This document shows positions 9,897 to 19,710 of a stretch of DNA of 64,000 nucleotides, piece after piece. The notes beneath the pieces were generated by a model. It did no database searches and was not told where the DNA came from. It was given only the letters and a program-made list of their open reading frames with translations. Source of the stretch: Alphaproteobacteria bacterium (GTDB taxonomy: Bacteria; Pseudomonadota; Alphaproteobacteria; Rs-D84); the NCBI GenBank assembly GCA_017443235.1, contig JAFSOV010000007.1, forward strand, positions 4,769 to 68,768, read 5' to 3'. Made by a program: the position numbers and the translations under genes. Each line of letters begins with the position of its first letter. Within the stretch, counting starts at the first letter, position 1.

Positions 9897-11450
9897 ATGA
9901 CATTGGTAAAATCATTTGCGGGCAAGATATCTTTAGTTGGCGCGATTATCGCGTTTGTTGCGTTTGACGCACGTGCGGTGAACTATGGCGTCCAAGGCGC
10001 ATGGGACAACCCAAATGCCAATATGGCATCGGGCAGTATTAAACCCGGATACGCCCAATTGTCTTGGGATGCGGGAACCGTATTACCGGTTAAATTGCGC
10101 AATGGTATGGTGACAATGGTGAACCTGCCGGTCGGTGAACAGATTGAAGAGGCCATTGTCGGTAATGACGGGTTCTTTTCCATTGACGCAACCCAGGGTG
10201 GTCGCACAATGTATATTACGCCCGCGGCCGATAATATGGGTTCCGATACAAACCTGATTGTGACGGGAAAATCGGGAAATGTTTATACTTTCTATCTGCG
10301 CAGCGAACCGTCAAACGCATCGGAAATCACATATTCCCAGGTTGATGTTGTATTGGATGGTGGCGCACGGTTGCCGGCGTCTATGGCCGTGGCGGGCGCG
10401 CAGACCGGTGGCGCAATGAATTCTATATTCAAAAAGACGCCTGCAAAAAGCGGGACCATTGGTGTTGACGGTGAAGATTATGATTGGATTAAAACAATGA
10501 AAATCGACCCATCTGAATTCCGTTTTGATTTAGATATATTTGTTCCAAACCCGGATGATTATGTGATTGCGCCGGAACGCGTGTGGCGTGACCGCGTATT
10601 CACATACATTGATTTCGGCGACAAAGTTATTTCTATGACCCAACGTCCGGTCGTGTCGTTGTTGGTCGAAGGTGGCGAATCGCCCGTTGGTTTCCGCACA
10701 GACGGCGAAGACGGACGGCTGTTGATTGTCGAGGCCGTTGGTGATATGGTCCTGCGCAGTGGTCAAAGAATTGTATGTATCAAAAAACGTTCTAAACCGT
10801 TCTTGATTGCCGACACCGCAAGTGTTATGGCCTTGGCCGAAGCGAACGTTGCACAAAGTATGCTGTCGGGGCAATCGTTGAACAACGTCCTGTACACCGC
10901 GGACCAGGTTGCAATTCAAAACGGTTATGGTAATTACACAACGACACCGACGTACATAAACAACACTATGCCGGTCACAAATGGTGTGCAAATGAATGTG
11001 CCGGCGGCAACATCGGGCGCAATGATGATGAATATGTACGGCACGCCAAGTGGTGGCAGTTCGACCGGATTAACAATGTTACCAACCGCGCGGAATACGG
11101 CCGGTGCGTATTTACCACAATCTAATATACCACTGATTACCACGAACCAAGGTGGCGTTGCGGTCGAATTAAAATCCGACACCAGTGTCAAGGCATTGGA
11201 CGATTACTGGGCGGATTTGATGGCGCGGTTCAGTGGCAATGATGGCCAAGGTTTATTGACCAAGTACAAAGACAGCGTATTTTATGCGGTCGATGAACAA
11301 GGTGTCGGCGAATTGGGCGCGACATCTTCGGCGGCACGTTTGTATCGGTTGCGTATTGGGCCTATGCCGGATATCGATACCGCACAAAAACTGTGTGACC
11401 AATTGTTAAAGTTCAGCGGTGCCAGTTGCCAAGTGGTTCGTATTCAATAA
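9897..11450 (+). CDS. virB9: Type IV secretion system protein VirB9 with a C-terminal SPOR-like extension
   Basis: 517 aa with a signal peptide (IIAFVAFDARA). The VirB9/TrbG N-domain shows VKLRNGMVTMVNLP and TNLIVTGKSGNVYTFYL. The VirB9 C-domain shows PVVSLLVEGGESPVGFRTDGEDGRLLIVE. The last 99 aa resemble a SPOR domain. Confidence 0.82.
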   Translation: MTLVKSFAGKISLVGAIIAFVAFDARAVNYGVQGAWDNPNANMASGSIKPGYAQLSWDAGTVLPVKLRNGMVTMVNLPVGEQIEEAIVGNDGFFSIDATQGGRTMYITPAADNMGSDTNLIVTGKSGNVYTFYLRSEPSNASEITYSQVDVVLDGGARLPASMAVAGAQTGGAMNSIFKKTPAKSGTIGVDGEDYDWIKTMKIDPSEFRFDLDIFVPNPDDYVIAPERVWRDRVFTYIDFGDKVISMTQRPVVSLLVEGGESPVGFRTDGEDGRLLIVEAVGDMVLRSGQRIVCIKKRSKPFLIADTASVMALAEANVAQSMLSGQSLNNVLYTADQVAIQNGYGNYTTTPTYINNTMPVTNGVQMNVPAATSGAMMMNMYGTPSGGSSTGLTMLPTARNTAGAYLPQSNIPLITTNQGGVAVELKSDTSVKALDDYWADLMARFSGNDGQGLLTKYKDSVFYAVDEQGVGELGATSSAARLYRLRIGPMPDIDTAQKLCDQLLKFSGASCQVVRIQ

Positions 11451-11474
11451 TGCGCAAAAATACGGTGGGTTATT

Positions 11475-13901
11475 ATGAGTAAAATCGGGGAACAATTTTC
11501 AGAATTTCGCAAAACCACACCACGGTATGTCCAATGGATATTGTTGGCGGCGGCAATTGTTATTGTGGTCGTGTTGCTGATGATGTTGGTTGGAAATCGC
11601 AAGGCGCAACGTGTTGTGATTGACCCAAATTCTTTGCCGCCGACGCCTGAATTGATTATCACGCCCGATGAACCGGTTGATTGGTCAGATACGGTTGTGG
11701 GCGAAGTTCGCGAAACAGAATTCTTTGTTTTTGCAAATACACGTGTCCAGGTCACCAATGTCGTTGTTCGTGTCGAAGGTGATACAAATGACGCCGTTGG
11801 AATTTCTGCAACGGAAACATGCAAGAATGATCAAACCATTATCGAAGAAAATGTTCCGTGCGTCATAAACATTAAATTTCAACCGGAACACCCAATCAAC
11901 ACAACCGACGCAAATGTCGCAATCACGTGGAGTGCATTTGAAACCGGGGCCGAAGTTGATAACCCAAAGGCAATCACGATGGTTATCGGCGCGCGTGAAA
12001 AACCAATATCACGCAACGACGCGCCCGCACCAAAACCGGAACCCGAACCAGAGCCCGAGCCGGAACCCGAACCCGCATTTGACGATTGGGGGTATAATAC
12101 GGATTTTCAAGATGACCTGAATAATATCGCGGCACCAATCAGTTTTAATGAACCCGCGTACAATGCGCCGGTTGCCGCGCCACGCAATATGTTCAAAAAT
12201 AATTGTTCGGACTTTGCATTTCCGGCATACAACACCGCCGGTATTCAAAGTGGTTGGATAAAACCAATGGGCGGCGCGTATTATTATCATCCGTTTTCCG
12301 ACACGAATTGCGATACACCAACCGGGATGTATAATGCAGACACAGGTTATATTATGGATATAAATAATCCAACACGCAAAATTGGGTCGGACGCGGAACA
12401 CATACGTTTTGTTGTGACGGACCGCCTGCCGCGGCTTGGGGGTGGCACATCAACACGCCGCACCGTCACAAAAGCAGAGCAAATCAATGATATGGATATG
12501 TTGGCATCGCAATTGGCATCTATGCCGGGGGCACGTCAACCGGGTGTTAGGTTAAAACCACGCAAAAAGACAACCGAATTTACCGGATACGACAATGACA
12601 AAGGCGTTGTTGGAACGCGTCCATATGACCGCAGTTTTGTTCTGCGTCAATATAAACCGATTCCGGCAACAATTGTATCGGATATTCAGGCAGATTCAAA
12701 ATTATTGCAAAGTGGTTTGCCGGTACGCGCAACGGTTGACCGCAACGTTTATTCCGATAATGGTCGTACGGTTATAATCCCAACCGGAACATTGATGTTG
12801 GGATATGTGACGGGCGAATTGCCCGGCCCGTACAAGGCGGTTGGCCGTATGGAAATAAAATGGTATCAATTTATTCGCCCCGATGGTGTGGAATTTAACT
12901 TTACAGATAATAAAAAACAGCCGTTTGCCGCCGATTCCCAGGGCCGCAAAGGCGTTCCCGGTCACGGCAGTACGGATTACCTGCAACAATTTGTTATGCC
13001 GATGCTGACCGCGATTGTGCCGGCGGCCGTGAATATGATTGCGCCAATTTCGGATGCATTTGTAAATCAAATTGATTTGGACAATAACACGGTTGTGCAA
13101 ACCGGTACCGTGCGTTCGTCTGAATTGGCCAAAAACGAGATTATTACCGCGTGGAATAATGTCGCAACAAAATTATTGGTGGATTTAATGGATAATACGA
13201 CACCGCCGTTTTCGATTGCCGCCGGTACGCGTATCACGGTATTTTCACCTGTTGATTTGTTTGTGACATGCGGTCAGGAAAATGGTGATACACGCAGATG
13301 TGCAATATTGCCTTATCCAGAATCACCGAAACGCGATGGCAAAGAAGATGACTTTACAGAAACAGATCCATCCAAAACAGAAGAGTTGATTGGTCAGGTT
13401 CGTTCAATGTTGGTCGCAAACATAAGTGAATTTTGCACTCCTGTTAAAGACACTAATGGCAAAGAAACAGGGGCGTATATGGCGGACATTAATGAAAAGA
13501 CAACAATGGAAAAACGTGGTTATAATTTTAATACTGTCGATTTCTATTGCCGTTCAATGGGAACATACGATGCAATCAACAATGCAAAGCAAAAGGCGGT
13601 ATTTGAAAATCAGCAACAACAGATGGCAAACAAAACCCCACAGGGTTCCCAGGCATACAATGAACAGGTTTTGGGATTGAAATATAACGATGATGGTTCA
13701 ATTCAAAATCCGTTCAAGAAAACTTCTTCATCTGGTTCGACCGCAACAACACAAAGCACATCGGTTGTGACGTGTGATGGTGGGGCGGCACCGGATATGA
13801 ATGGATGCTGTCCGGGTGAAACATATACAGATATGGGCGATCAAGGATTTAATTGCTGTCCGGATGCCGGGGGTGATTGTTTCCCGCCAATCGAGTTATA
13901 G
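11475..13901 (+). CDS. virB10: Type IV secretion system protein VirB10 (enlarged, 808 aa)
   Basis: It has an N-terminal TM helix and a PAPKPEPEPEPEPEPEPA linker. The TrbI/VirB10 core shows PATIVSDIQAD, VRATVDRNVYSDNGRTVIIPTGTLMLGY, IRPDGVEFNF and DSQGRKGVPGH. Confidence 0.85.
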   Translation: MSKIGEQFSEFRKTTPRYVQWILLAAAIVIVVVLLMMLVGNRKAQRVVIDPNSLPPTPELIITPDEPVDWSDTVVGEVRETEFFVFANTRVQVTNVVVRVEGDTNDAVGISATETCKNDQTIIEENVPCVINIKFQPEHPINTTDANVAITWSAFETGAEVDNPKAITMVIGAREKPISRNDAPAPKPEPEPEPEPEPEPAFDDWGYNTDFQDDLNNIAAPISFNEPAYNAPVAAPRNMFKNNCSDFAFPAYNTAGIQSGWIKPMGGAYYYHPFSDTNCDTPTGMYNADTGYIMDINNPTRKIGSDAEHIRFVVTDRLPRLGGGTSTRRTVTKAEQINDMDMLASQLASMPGARQPGVRLKPRKKTTEFTGYDNDKGVVGTRPYDRSFVLRQYKPIPATIVSDIQADSKLLQSGLPVRATVDRNVYSDNGRTVIIPTGTLMLGYVTGELPGPYKAVGRMEIKWYQFIRPDGVEFNFTDNKKQPFAADSQGRKGVPGHGSTDYLQQFVMPMLTAIVPAAVNMIAPISDAFVNQIDLDNNTVVQTGTVRSSELAKNEIITAWNNVATKLLVDLMDNTTPPFSIAAGTRITVFSPVDLFVTCGQENGDTRRCAILPYPESPKRDGKEDDFTETDPSKTEELIGQVRSMLVANISEFCTPVKDTNGKETGAYMADINEKTTMEKRGYNFNTVDFYCRSMGTYDAINNAKQKAVFENQQQQMANKTPQGSQAYNEQVLGLKYNDDGSIQNPFKKTSSSGSTATTQSTSVVTCDGGAAPDMNGCCPGETYTDMGDQGFNCCPDAGGDCFPPIEL

Positions 13902-13919
13902 GGTACCGATGAACAAGAT

Positions 13920-13950
13920 GCGGCCGCCATTTTATGGCGGCCTTTTTATT
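13920..13950 (+). terminator. Rho-independent terminator after virB10
   Basis: Hairpin gcggccgccattttatggcggcc is followed by tttttatt. A second hairpin (ggcgcatttttgcgcc plus a T-run) lies near 14000-14030. Confidence 0.75.
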
Positions 13951-14191
13951 AAACCAAAAGGATTTAATATGACATAGAATTCTGTTATTTTTTACAACCG
14001 GAATATTGGCGGCGCATTTTTGCGCCCTTTTTTACAAAAAAATCGATATATGCGATTCGTGGCATATAAGAATAAAATCCTAAACGAATCGCAAATCCAA
14101 GACTATATTCAATTATTGGTTGTAATTATTTATTTTAGTCAATTATATATAAAAAATTGAGAACGTCAAAAAAAACCAAGGAGAAAAGATT

Positions 14192-14536
14192 ATGACGGAA
14201 ATACAAGCAAATTATACACCCGAAAAATTTCAAAACGCGGAACAAATTTGGTTCTGGTTTTTATATTCTAAATCGGTGCGAAATGATATAGGCCAAAACA
14301 ACGGACGGACATCTACGCGGCGTGTGTGCGAATTGGTTGACGTTGAAACATTGATTACAAAACTGTATTTATCCGGAAAACTGAATGATGCCCAATTGGC
14401 GGTTATGAAGGAATTTGGTGACCGTCGTCGCGCACCGCATCAATATATATGGCGGGAAAATCACGCCGCCGCAATTTGGAATACGGCGATGCAAACTTTG
14501 GATGCGGCCGCGCGTGAAAAAGGTTGGATTGAATAA
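14192..14536 (+). CDS. Hypothetical protein (114 aa)
   Basis: ATG preceded by the SD aaggag. It is compact, shares a strand with and lies 12 nt from the next ORF. I recognised no motif. Confidence 0.55.
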   Translation: MTEIQANYTPEKFQNAEQIWFWFLYSKSVRNDIGQNNGRTSTRRVCELVDVETLITKLYLSGKLNDAQLAVMKEFGDRRRAPHQYIWRENHAAAIWNTAMQTLDAAAREKGWIE

Positions 14537-14548
14537 AAGGAGAACAAA

Positions 14549-14887
14549 ATGGTTATAATTGCGTTTGCACCGAAATCCAGTAAAATTTTACCAAATATTT
14601 TTTGCAACCACTTCAAGCACTGTGCCGTTTTGTTGCGTGACGAAAAAGGTTTTATTATGTATCAATTTTCATCGCACAAAAACGTGGCAGAAATTTTTAT
14701 TCGCACGCGCGATATACGGATACTGGGGCGATATGGTTGGCGATTTGTGTATGTGCCGTGCGATATAGATTCGCTTTTTAATCCATACCGTGCATGGACC
14801 TGCGTTGGTATGGCAAAGCGCGCAATTGGTATGCACGCACCGTTTATACAAACGCCCGATGCACTGTACAGAAAATTATGCGACTAA
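14549..14887 (+). CDS. Hypothetical protein (112 aa) with a conserved-looking His/Cys pair
   Basis: SD aaggag lies upstream. It contains KHCAVLL and WTCVGMAKRAIG, which could fit a papain-like/NlpC-type fold (speculative). It ends at a strong bidirectional terminator. Confidence 0.55.
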   Translation: MVIIAFAPKSSKILPNIFCNHFKHCAVLLRDEKGFIMYQFSSHKNVAEIFIRTRDIRILGRYGWRFVYVPCDIDSLFNPYRAWTCVGMAKRAIGMHAPFIQTPDALYRKLCD

Positions 14888-14919
14888 AAAATCCCCACAC
14901 AAATGTGGGGATTTTTTTA
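14886..14919. terminator. Bidirectional rho-independent terminator (ORF112 / yidC)
   Basis: aaaaaatccccacacaaatgtggggattttttt: a 9-bp stem flanked by an A-run and a T-run, between convergent genes. Confidence 0.85.
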
Positions 14920-16506
14920 TTTTTTATTTAATTGTTTTTTTATTATATATGTTTGGAATATGCCGAACACATTCGAAACCGTCCAATACAAAACCAATCC
15001 CGCCGGCATCCACGCAAACATAACCGCAAATATTATCGGCAACCATTTCATCATACGTGCCGTGGCCGCCATCGCATCGTTTTTCGGCGCATCTTTATTC
15101 ACACGACCCGATTGGATATATTGTTGCAACCACATTGTCGCACCCATCAAAATCGGCAATATGAAGTATGGGTCCATCGCCGCCAAATCATTTATCCACA
15201 GGAAATGCGCATTTCGCATTTGGACCGACACCAATAACGCCTTGTACAATGCAAAGAAAATCGGTATTTGAATCAGCATCGGCAAACAACCCGACATTGG
15301 TGAAGTCTTGTGCGTTTTGTATAAATTCATCATTTCTAATTGCAAACGCGCCTTGTCATTTGCATAAAGTTTTTGAATGCGTTGTAATTCCGGCTGCATT
15401 TTCTGCATTGCAATTGACGAAGAATAAGATTTACGCGTCAATGGCCACATCAATAACCGCAATAATATCGTCAATAAAATTATCGCAACACCATAATTCA
15501 TAACAAACGAATTTAATATATTCAACGCCCACAACATTGGCCGCGCCAAGAACCAGAACCACCCGTAATCTATGGTTTCATCCAAACCGCCGATTGTTGT
15601 TGCGGCCGCGTCTAATACACGTTGGTCACGTGGGCCGGCAAAAATTGTTGTTGTGAATATGCCTGTATCATTTGGCGCAACACGAATCGCCGCCGCAGAC
15701 GCATCCGCCATATATTTATCGCCAATGGATTTTGCGCGCATCGTTTGGTCCGGCGATTGAACATTCGCGATTGTTTCCCAATATTGGTCTGCAAAACCGA
15801 CAAATCCGTTTGTTGTAGAATATGCATAAGATTTCTTGGACAATTTATTCCAATCAACATAGTGAACTTTGGAATTGACATTCGTAATTGCACCGGTTGC
15901 AACACCTGCGGAACTGGATTTGTCACCGCGCACGATTCGCGCATACGGCGCAAAAGAAATTTCATGTTTTGTTTTATTTTCAACCGTATCAGTCACCGTT
16001 ATTAAATAACCATCAACGGTAATTGAACGCGTGAATACAACGCCGTCCACATTGCGCCAACGCATTGTGTCATCGGTATCTTGCCATTGGGTTTTGGCAT
16101 CGGGTGCGGTTGTGCCGGTCGCGTTCAGGCCAACCTCGATAAAATCGCCATCGCCGCCCAACAACGTCACGTGCGTGTCATCATCCGCCTTGGCCGAAGC
16201 CGCAAAATCTTGCAGTGCGACATTTGATATGCGTAATCCCCGAACATTTGCACTGATTTTATCGCCGGATATTTCATGCGCCGATACATTTGACACATCG
16301 GTCGCAATAATCGCGTTTTCTGTATCCGTCGGTAATGGGGTGTTTTTCGGCGCCATCCACATACTGAACAACCACCATGTTCCCAAAAATAAAATTCCCC
16401 ACCACAAAAAATTACCAATGCGGGATTTTGGTTTATCATTGGTCGCCGCGGTTTTATTCGCGTTCCACATATTGAATCCAGAATTATTGTCTAAATATTT
16501 TACCAT
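14917..16506 (-). CDS. yidC: Membrane protein insertase YidC
   Basis: 529 aa with an N-terminal TM helix, a large periplasmic domain, and the C-terminal core QPELQRIQKLYANDKARLQLEMMNLYKTHKTSPMSGCLPMLIQIPIFFALY. Confidence 0.95.
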   Translation of the reverse strand: MVKYLDNNSGFNMWNANKTAATNDKPKSRIGNFLWWGILFLGTWWLFSMWMAPKNTPLPTDTENAIIATDVSNVSAHEISGDKISANVRGLRISNVALQDFAASAKADDDTHVTLLGGDGDFIEVGLNATGTTAPDAKTQWQDTDDTMRWRNVDGVVFTRSITVDGYLITVTDTVENKTKHEISFAPYARIVRGDKSSSAGVATGAITNVNSKVHYVDWNKLSKKSYAYSTTNGFVGFADQYWETIANVQSPDQTMRAKSIGDKYMADASAAAIRVAPNDTGIFTTTIFAGPRDQRVLDAAATTIGGLDETIDYGWFWFLARPMLWALNILNSFVMNYGVAIILLTILLRLLMWPLTRKSYSSSIAMQKMQPELQRIQKLYANDKARLQLEMMNLYKTHKTSPMSGCLPMLIQIPIFFALYKALLVSVQMRNAHFLWINDLAAMDPYFILPILMGATMWLQQYIQSGRVNKDAPKNDAMAATARMMKWLPIIFAVMFAWMPAGLVLYWTVSNVFGIFQTYIIKKQLNKK

Positions 16507-16510
16507 TAAA

Positions 16511-17041
16511 TTACCCCCTGATATTTTTCAAACATTTGCGACGCGCCAACCACCAATTCAAAATATAGAACGCCACACCAATCGTTATAAACATATCTGC
16601 AACATTAAACGCCGGCCAATGAATCGCACCAATATGAAAATCCAAGAAATCAATCACTGCGCCAAAGCGGATTCTGTCAATCAAATTTCCCAATGCACCA
16701 CCAACAATCAACACCAAGGGTGCAACCTCGTAATCCCGCGCCCGGCGCAACAAATAATACAACAACAACACAATTATTAAACCCGTTGCAATAATCATTA
16801 TCAACGGCGCGTTATCACCAATCGCACGAAACATTGAAAACGCCGTTCCCGGATTCCACGTAAAAACCAAATTAAAGAAATTCGTCACACGCGCCATTAA
16901 ATATGGCACCGGTACAACCGACCACGCGGGTCCCACAACAAACGCCGAACCGGTAATTAAAAACAAAAGTATCCCCTTGGCAATTTGGTCCAATAAAATC
17001 ACACCGAAAATGCCGGCAAATATTTTGAACATCCTTTTCAT
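16511..17041 (-). CDS. lspA: Lipoprotein signal peptidase (signal peptidase II)
   Basis: ORF 16511..17095 contains GNLIDRIRFGAVIDFLDF and WPAFNVADMFITIG. The likely start is the internal MKRMFKIF at 17041. Confidence 0.92.
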   Translation of the reverse strand: MKRMFKIFAGIFGVILLDQIAKGILLFLITGSAFVVGPAWSVVPVPYLMARVTNFFNLVFTWNPGTAFSMFRAIGDNAPLIMIIATGLIIVLLLYYLLRRARDYEVAPLVLIVGGALGNLIDRIRFGAVIDFLDFHIGAIHWPAFNVADMFITIGVAFYILNWWLARRKCLKNIRG

Positions 17042-17122
17042 TTTCTTTCCTTTTTGATATGGGGTCAATATAGCAATATATGCGCACAAAATCAAACATA
17101 AAAAATGCCCAATCGGGCATTT

Positions 17123-18832
17123 TTAATTATTTCGGTCAGTGATGGCGTTATCCAGTTCCGCGTAATTTTCACTGCGCATTTCATCAACCAGTTTTGATAT
17201 AACAGTGTCCGCGATGCCCAATTGTCCCAAAACACCACGTGCCAACATCAACGAAGATTCTATGGTTTCGGGCCATGCCTCTTGGACGCCGTCTTTTAGT
17301 AATTCGCGCGTTTCGGCCAAATTGCGCGCACGCGCAAATATTTTTACACGTGGGGCAACACTGCGTACACTTAAAACCGCATTGCGTGCCGTGTTTGCAT
17401 TATCCAAAGCAACAACAACCGCACGCACGCGCCGTGACGCCAAACCAAAATCACGCAGGACACTGGAATTTGTGCTGTCGCCATAGAAAACATTATATCC
17501 GTGTTCGCGCCCCATCATAATTGCATTCACATCTAAATCAATCGCAACGTATGGTATCTTGCGCGAGCCCAAAACATATGCGATAATTTGACCAACACGA
17601 CCAAAACCACAAATTATGACTTCGGGTTGAACATTGTTTCCACCACCGTTTAATTGACGGCTGCGCGAACGCGTGAACCATTTTGTAGAACGCATAATCC
17701 GGTCATGAATCGCCAACAAGAACGGCGTTGACACCATAGATAATATAATTATCGCGGTTAAAAGTTCTTGATGTTCGGGTGGAACGGCGGAAATACCACT
17801 GGTCTTCATTGTTTGAAACATCAATAATGCGAATTCACCGCCTTGGCTTAACACCAACGCAATAAGGCGCGCATCATGCAGTGGAATATTGCGAACACGC
17901 GCAACCATAAACAGTGCCGTGAATTTGATTAAAACCAACGCAACCATACCCAAGACAACGATGTACCAATTTGCCAACAATATATCCAGATTTAATCCCA
18001 TACCCAACGACACAAAAAATAATGACAAGAACAATAATGCGTACGGTGCAATTTCTGCGCGCACTTGATGACTGTATATTGTTTCCGACATCAACATACC
18101 GGCCAAAAATGCCCCCAGTCCCACCGGCAATCCCATCAAATCCATAAACACCGCCCACAGCGCGATATTTAACATTACCACCAATAAAAATGCTTCACGT
18201 GATTTTAATTTTGATACGCGTCGCATCAGTGGGTTCAACACGAAACGCCCAACAATCACTACGCCGAAAATCAATGTGGCCGACGTGACAACAACATCAA
18301 TTACCGTTGCACCAAAGTTTAATGAACGCCCCGCAAACACCGGCAACATGGCAAGCAATGGAATAGACAACAAATCTTGGAACAACAATATGGAAAAAGT
18401 TTGATGCCCCATAACCGTGTTCAATTGATTTCTGTCTGTCAATAATTGCAAATCTTCAGACGTACTGGACATTGCCAACAGCAACGATATTGTTATCACG
18501 CCCAATATCGACCAAGTTGTTATACCAACCAATATTGGAAACAGCATTGTTGCAACCATTAAAACCTGGGCCGCACCGAAACCAAAGATTGTTCGCCGCA
18601 TTTTCCACAGGCGCTTCATATTTATTTCCAACCCGATATTAAACCACAAAAATAAAATTCCCAAATCGCCCAAAAATGTCCACGTGGAATTTACCTGGAA
18701 CAAATCCAAAATGAATGGCCCAGAAATCATACCCGCCACCAAAAACGCGACTATCGCGCCGATGCGCATCGTGCGCAACAAAAACACCAACACAAATAAC
18801 ATTGAAAAAAATATCAAAACAGATAAAGACAT
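17123..18832 (-). CDS. Monovalent cation:proton antiporter-2 (CPA2, KefB/YbaL-like) with a TrkA-N domain
   Basis: 569 aa with ~12 TM helices followed by the Rossmann motif VIICGFGRVGQ. Confidence 0.85.
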   Translation of the reverse strand: MSLSVLIFFSMLFVLVFLLRTMRIGAIVAFLVAGMISGPFILDLFQVNSTWTFLGDLGILFLWFNIGLEINMKRLWKMRRTIFGFGAAQVLMVATMLFPILVGITTWSILGVITISLLLAMSSTSEDLQLLTDRNQLNTVMGHQTFSILLFQDLLSIPLLAMLPVFAGRSLNFGATVIDVVVTSATLIFGVVIVGRFVLNPLMRRVSKLKSREAFLLVVMLNIALWAVFMDLMGLPVGLGAFLAGMLMSETIYSHQVRAEIAPYALLFLSLFFVSLGMGLNLDILLANWYIVVLGMVALVLIKFTALFMVARVRNIPLHDARLIALVLSQGGEFALLMFQTMKTSGISAVPPEHQELLTAIIILSMVSTPFLLAIHDRIMRSTKWFTRSRSRQLNGGGNNVQPEVIICGFGRVGQIIAYVLGSRKIPYVAIDLDVNAIMMGREHGYNVFYGDSTNSSVLRDFGLASRRVRAVVVALDNANTARNAVLSVRSVAPRVKIFARARNLAETRELLKDGVQEAWPETIESSLMLARGVLGQLGIADTVISKLVDEMRSENYAELDNAITDRNN

Positions 18833-18882
18833 CTCTCTCCCCTAAAATAACTCAGGGTTATTATAGCAAAAAAATATATAAC

Positions 18883-19710
18883 CTATGCAACCAGTTTTTT
18901 TGAAATTTCTAAAAATTTTTCCGGCGTTAAATCTTCGGCGCGTTCGGTCCCGGTCAAACCGAAACAGTTCCAATCAATATCGCGCATTATTCCGCGTACC
19001 ATTTTACGCCGCATTCCAAACAATCGCGCCGTAAGGTTTTCCAACGCACCAATATCATCAATATTTTTTATCTTGGTCGCGTTTGGAATAATTTGCACAA
19101 CCGCACTTTCAACACGCGGGCGCGGAACAAATGCGGTCGACGGGACACCAAACAAAATTTTTGCATCCGCAACCAGTGATGTTAAAACCGCCAATCGTCC
19201 ATATTGTTCATCGCCGGTTTTTGCAACGATGCGTTCCGCCACTTCGCGTTGAAACATCAACGTCATAGATGTTATCGGCACACCACGCGCAATATCATGC
19301 AACCAATTTATCAACAGTTCTGTTCCAACGTTATACGGCAAATTCGCACAGATGGAAAATTCACCGCCCGCAATTTTTTGCAAATCGACATGCAACGCAT
19401 CATCGTAAATGACGTTGAACCGCCCGGCCGCCGCCGCGATAATTTGCGATAAAATTGGTTCTGTGGTTTTGTCCTTTTCAATCGCAATCAGTTTGTGCGC
19501 ACCAACGGTCAGCAATGCACGCGACAGACCACCCGGACCCGGGCCAACCTCAATAACTGTGGAATTTTCGATATCGGGAACACTGCGCGCGATGCGACCG
19601 GTCAAATTCAAATCAAACAAAAAATTCTGGCCAAATTGTTTTTTGGGTTCTAATCCCGCATCACGCATCATTTGTGAAACCGGTGGCAAAGATTGTAATT
19701 TATCCATCAT
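18883..19710 (-). CDS. rsmA: 16S rRNA (adenine1518/1519-N6)-dimethyltransferase
   Basis: 275 aa containing FGQNFL, the SAM motif VIEVGPGPGGLS, and ANLPYNVGT. Its start overlaps the recR stop (ATGA). Confidence 0.93.
   Translation of the reverse strand: MMDKLQSLPPVSQMMRDAGLEPKKQFGQNFLFDLNLTGRIARSVPDIENSTVIEVGPGPGGLSRALLTVGAHKLIAIEKDKTTEPILSQIIAAAAGRFNVIYDDALHVDLQKIAGGEFSICANLPYNVGTELLINWLHDIARGVPITSMTLMFQREVAERIVAKTGDEQYGRLAVLTSLVADAKILFGVPSTAFVPRPRVESAVVQIIPNATKIKNIDDIGALENLTARLFGMRRKMVRGIMRDIDWNCFGLTGTERAEDLTPEKFLEISKKLVA

Noticed and set aside
12036-12076. CCGGAACCCGAACC... hexanucleotide-like microsatellite
   Set aside because: It encodes the in-frame (PE)6 proline-rich linker of VirB10. 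Pro-rich regions are a known VirB10 feature, and this is not a separate element.
16031-16780. 249-aa plus-strand ORF overlapping yidC/lspA
   Set aside because: It is antisense to two well-supported genes and has no SD or recognisable motif.
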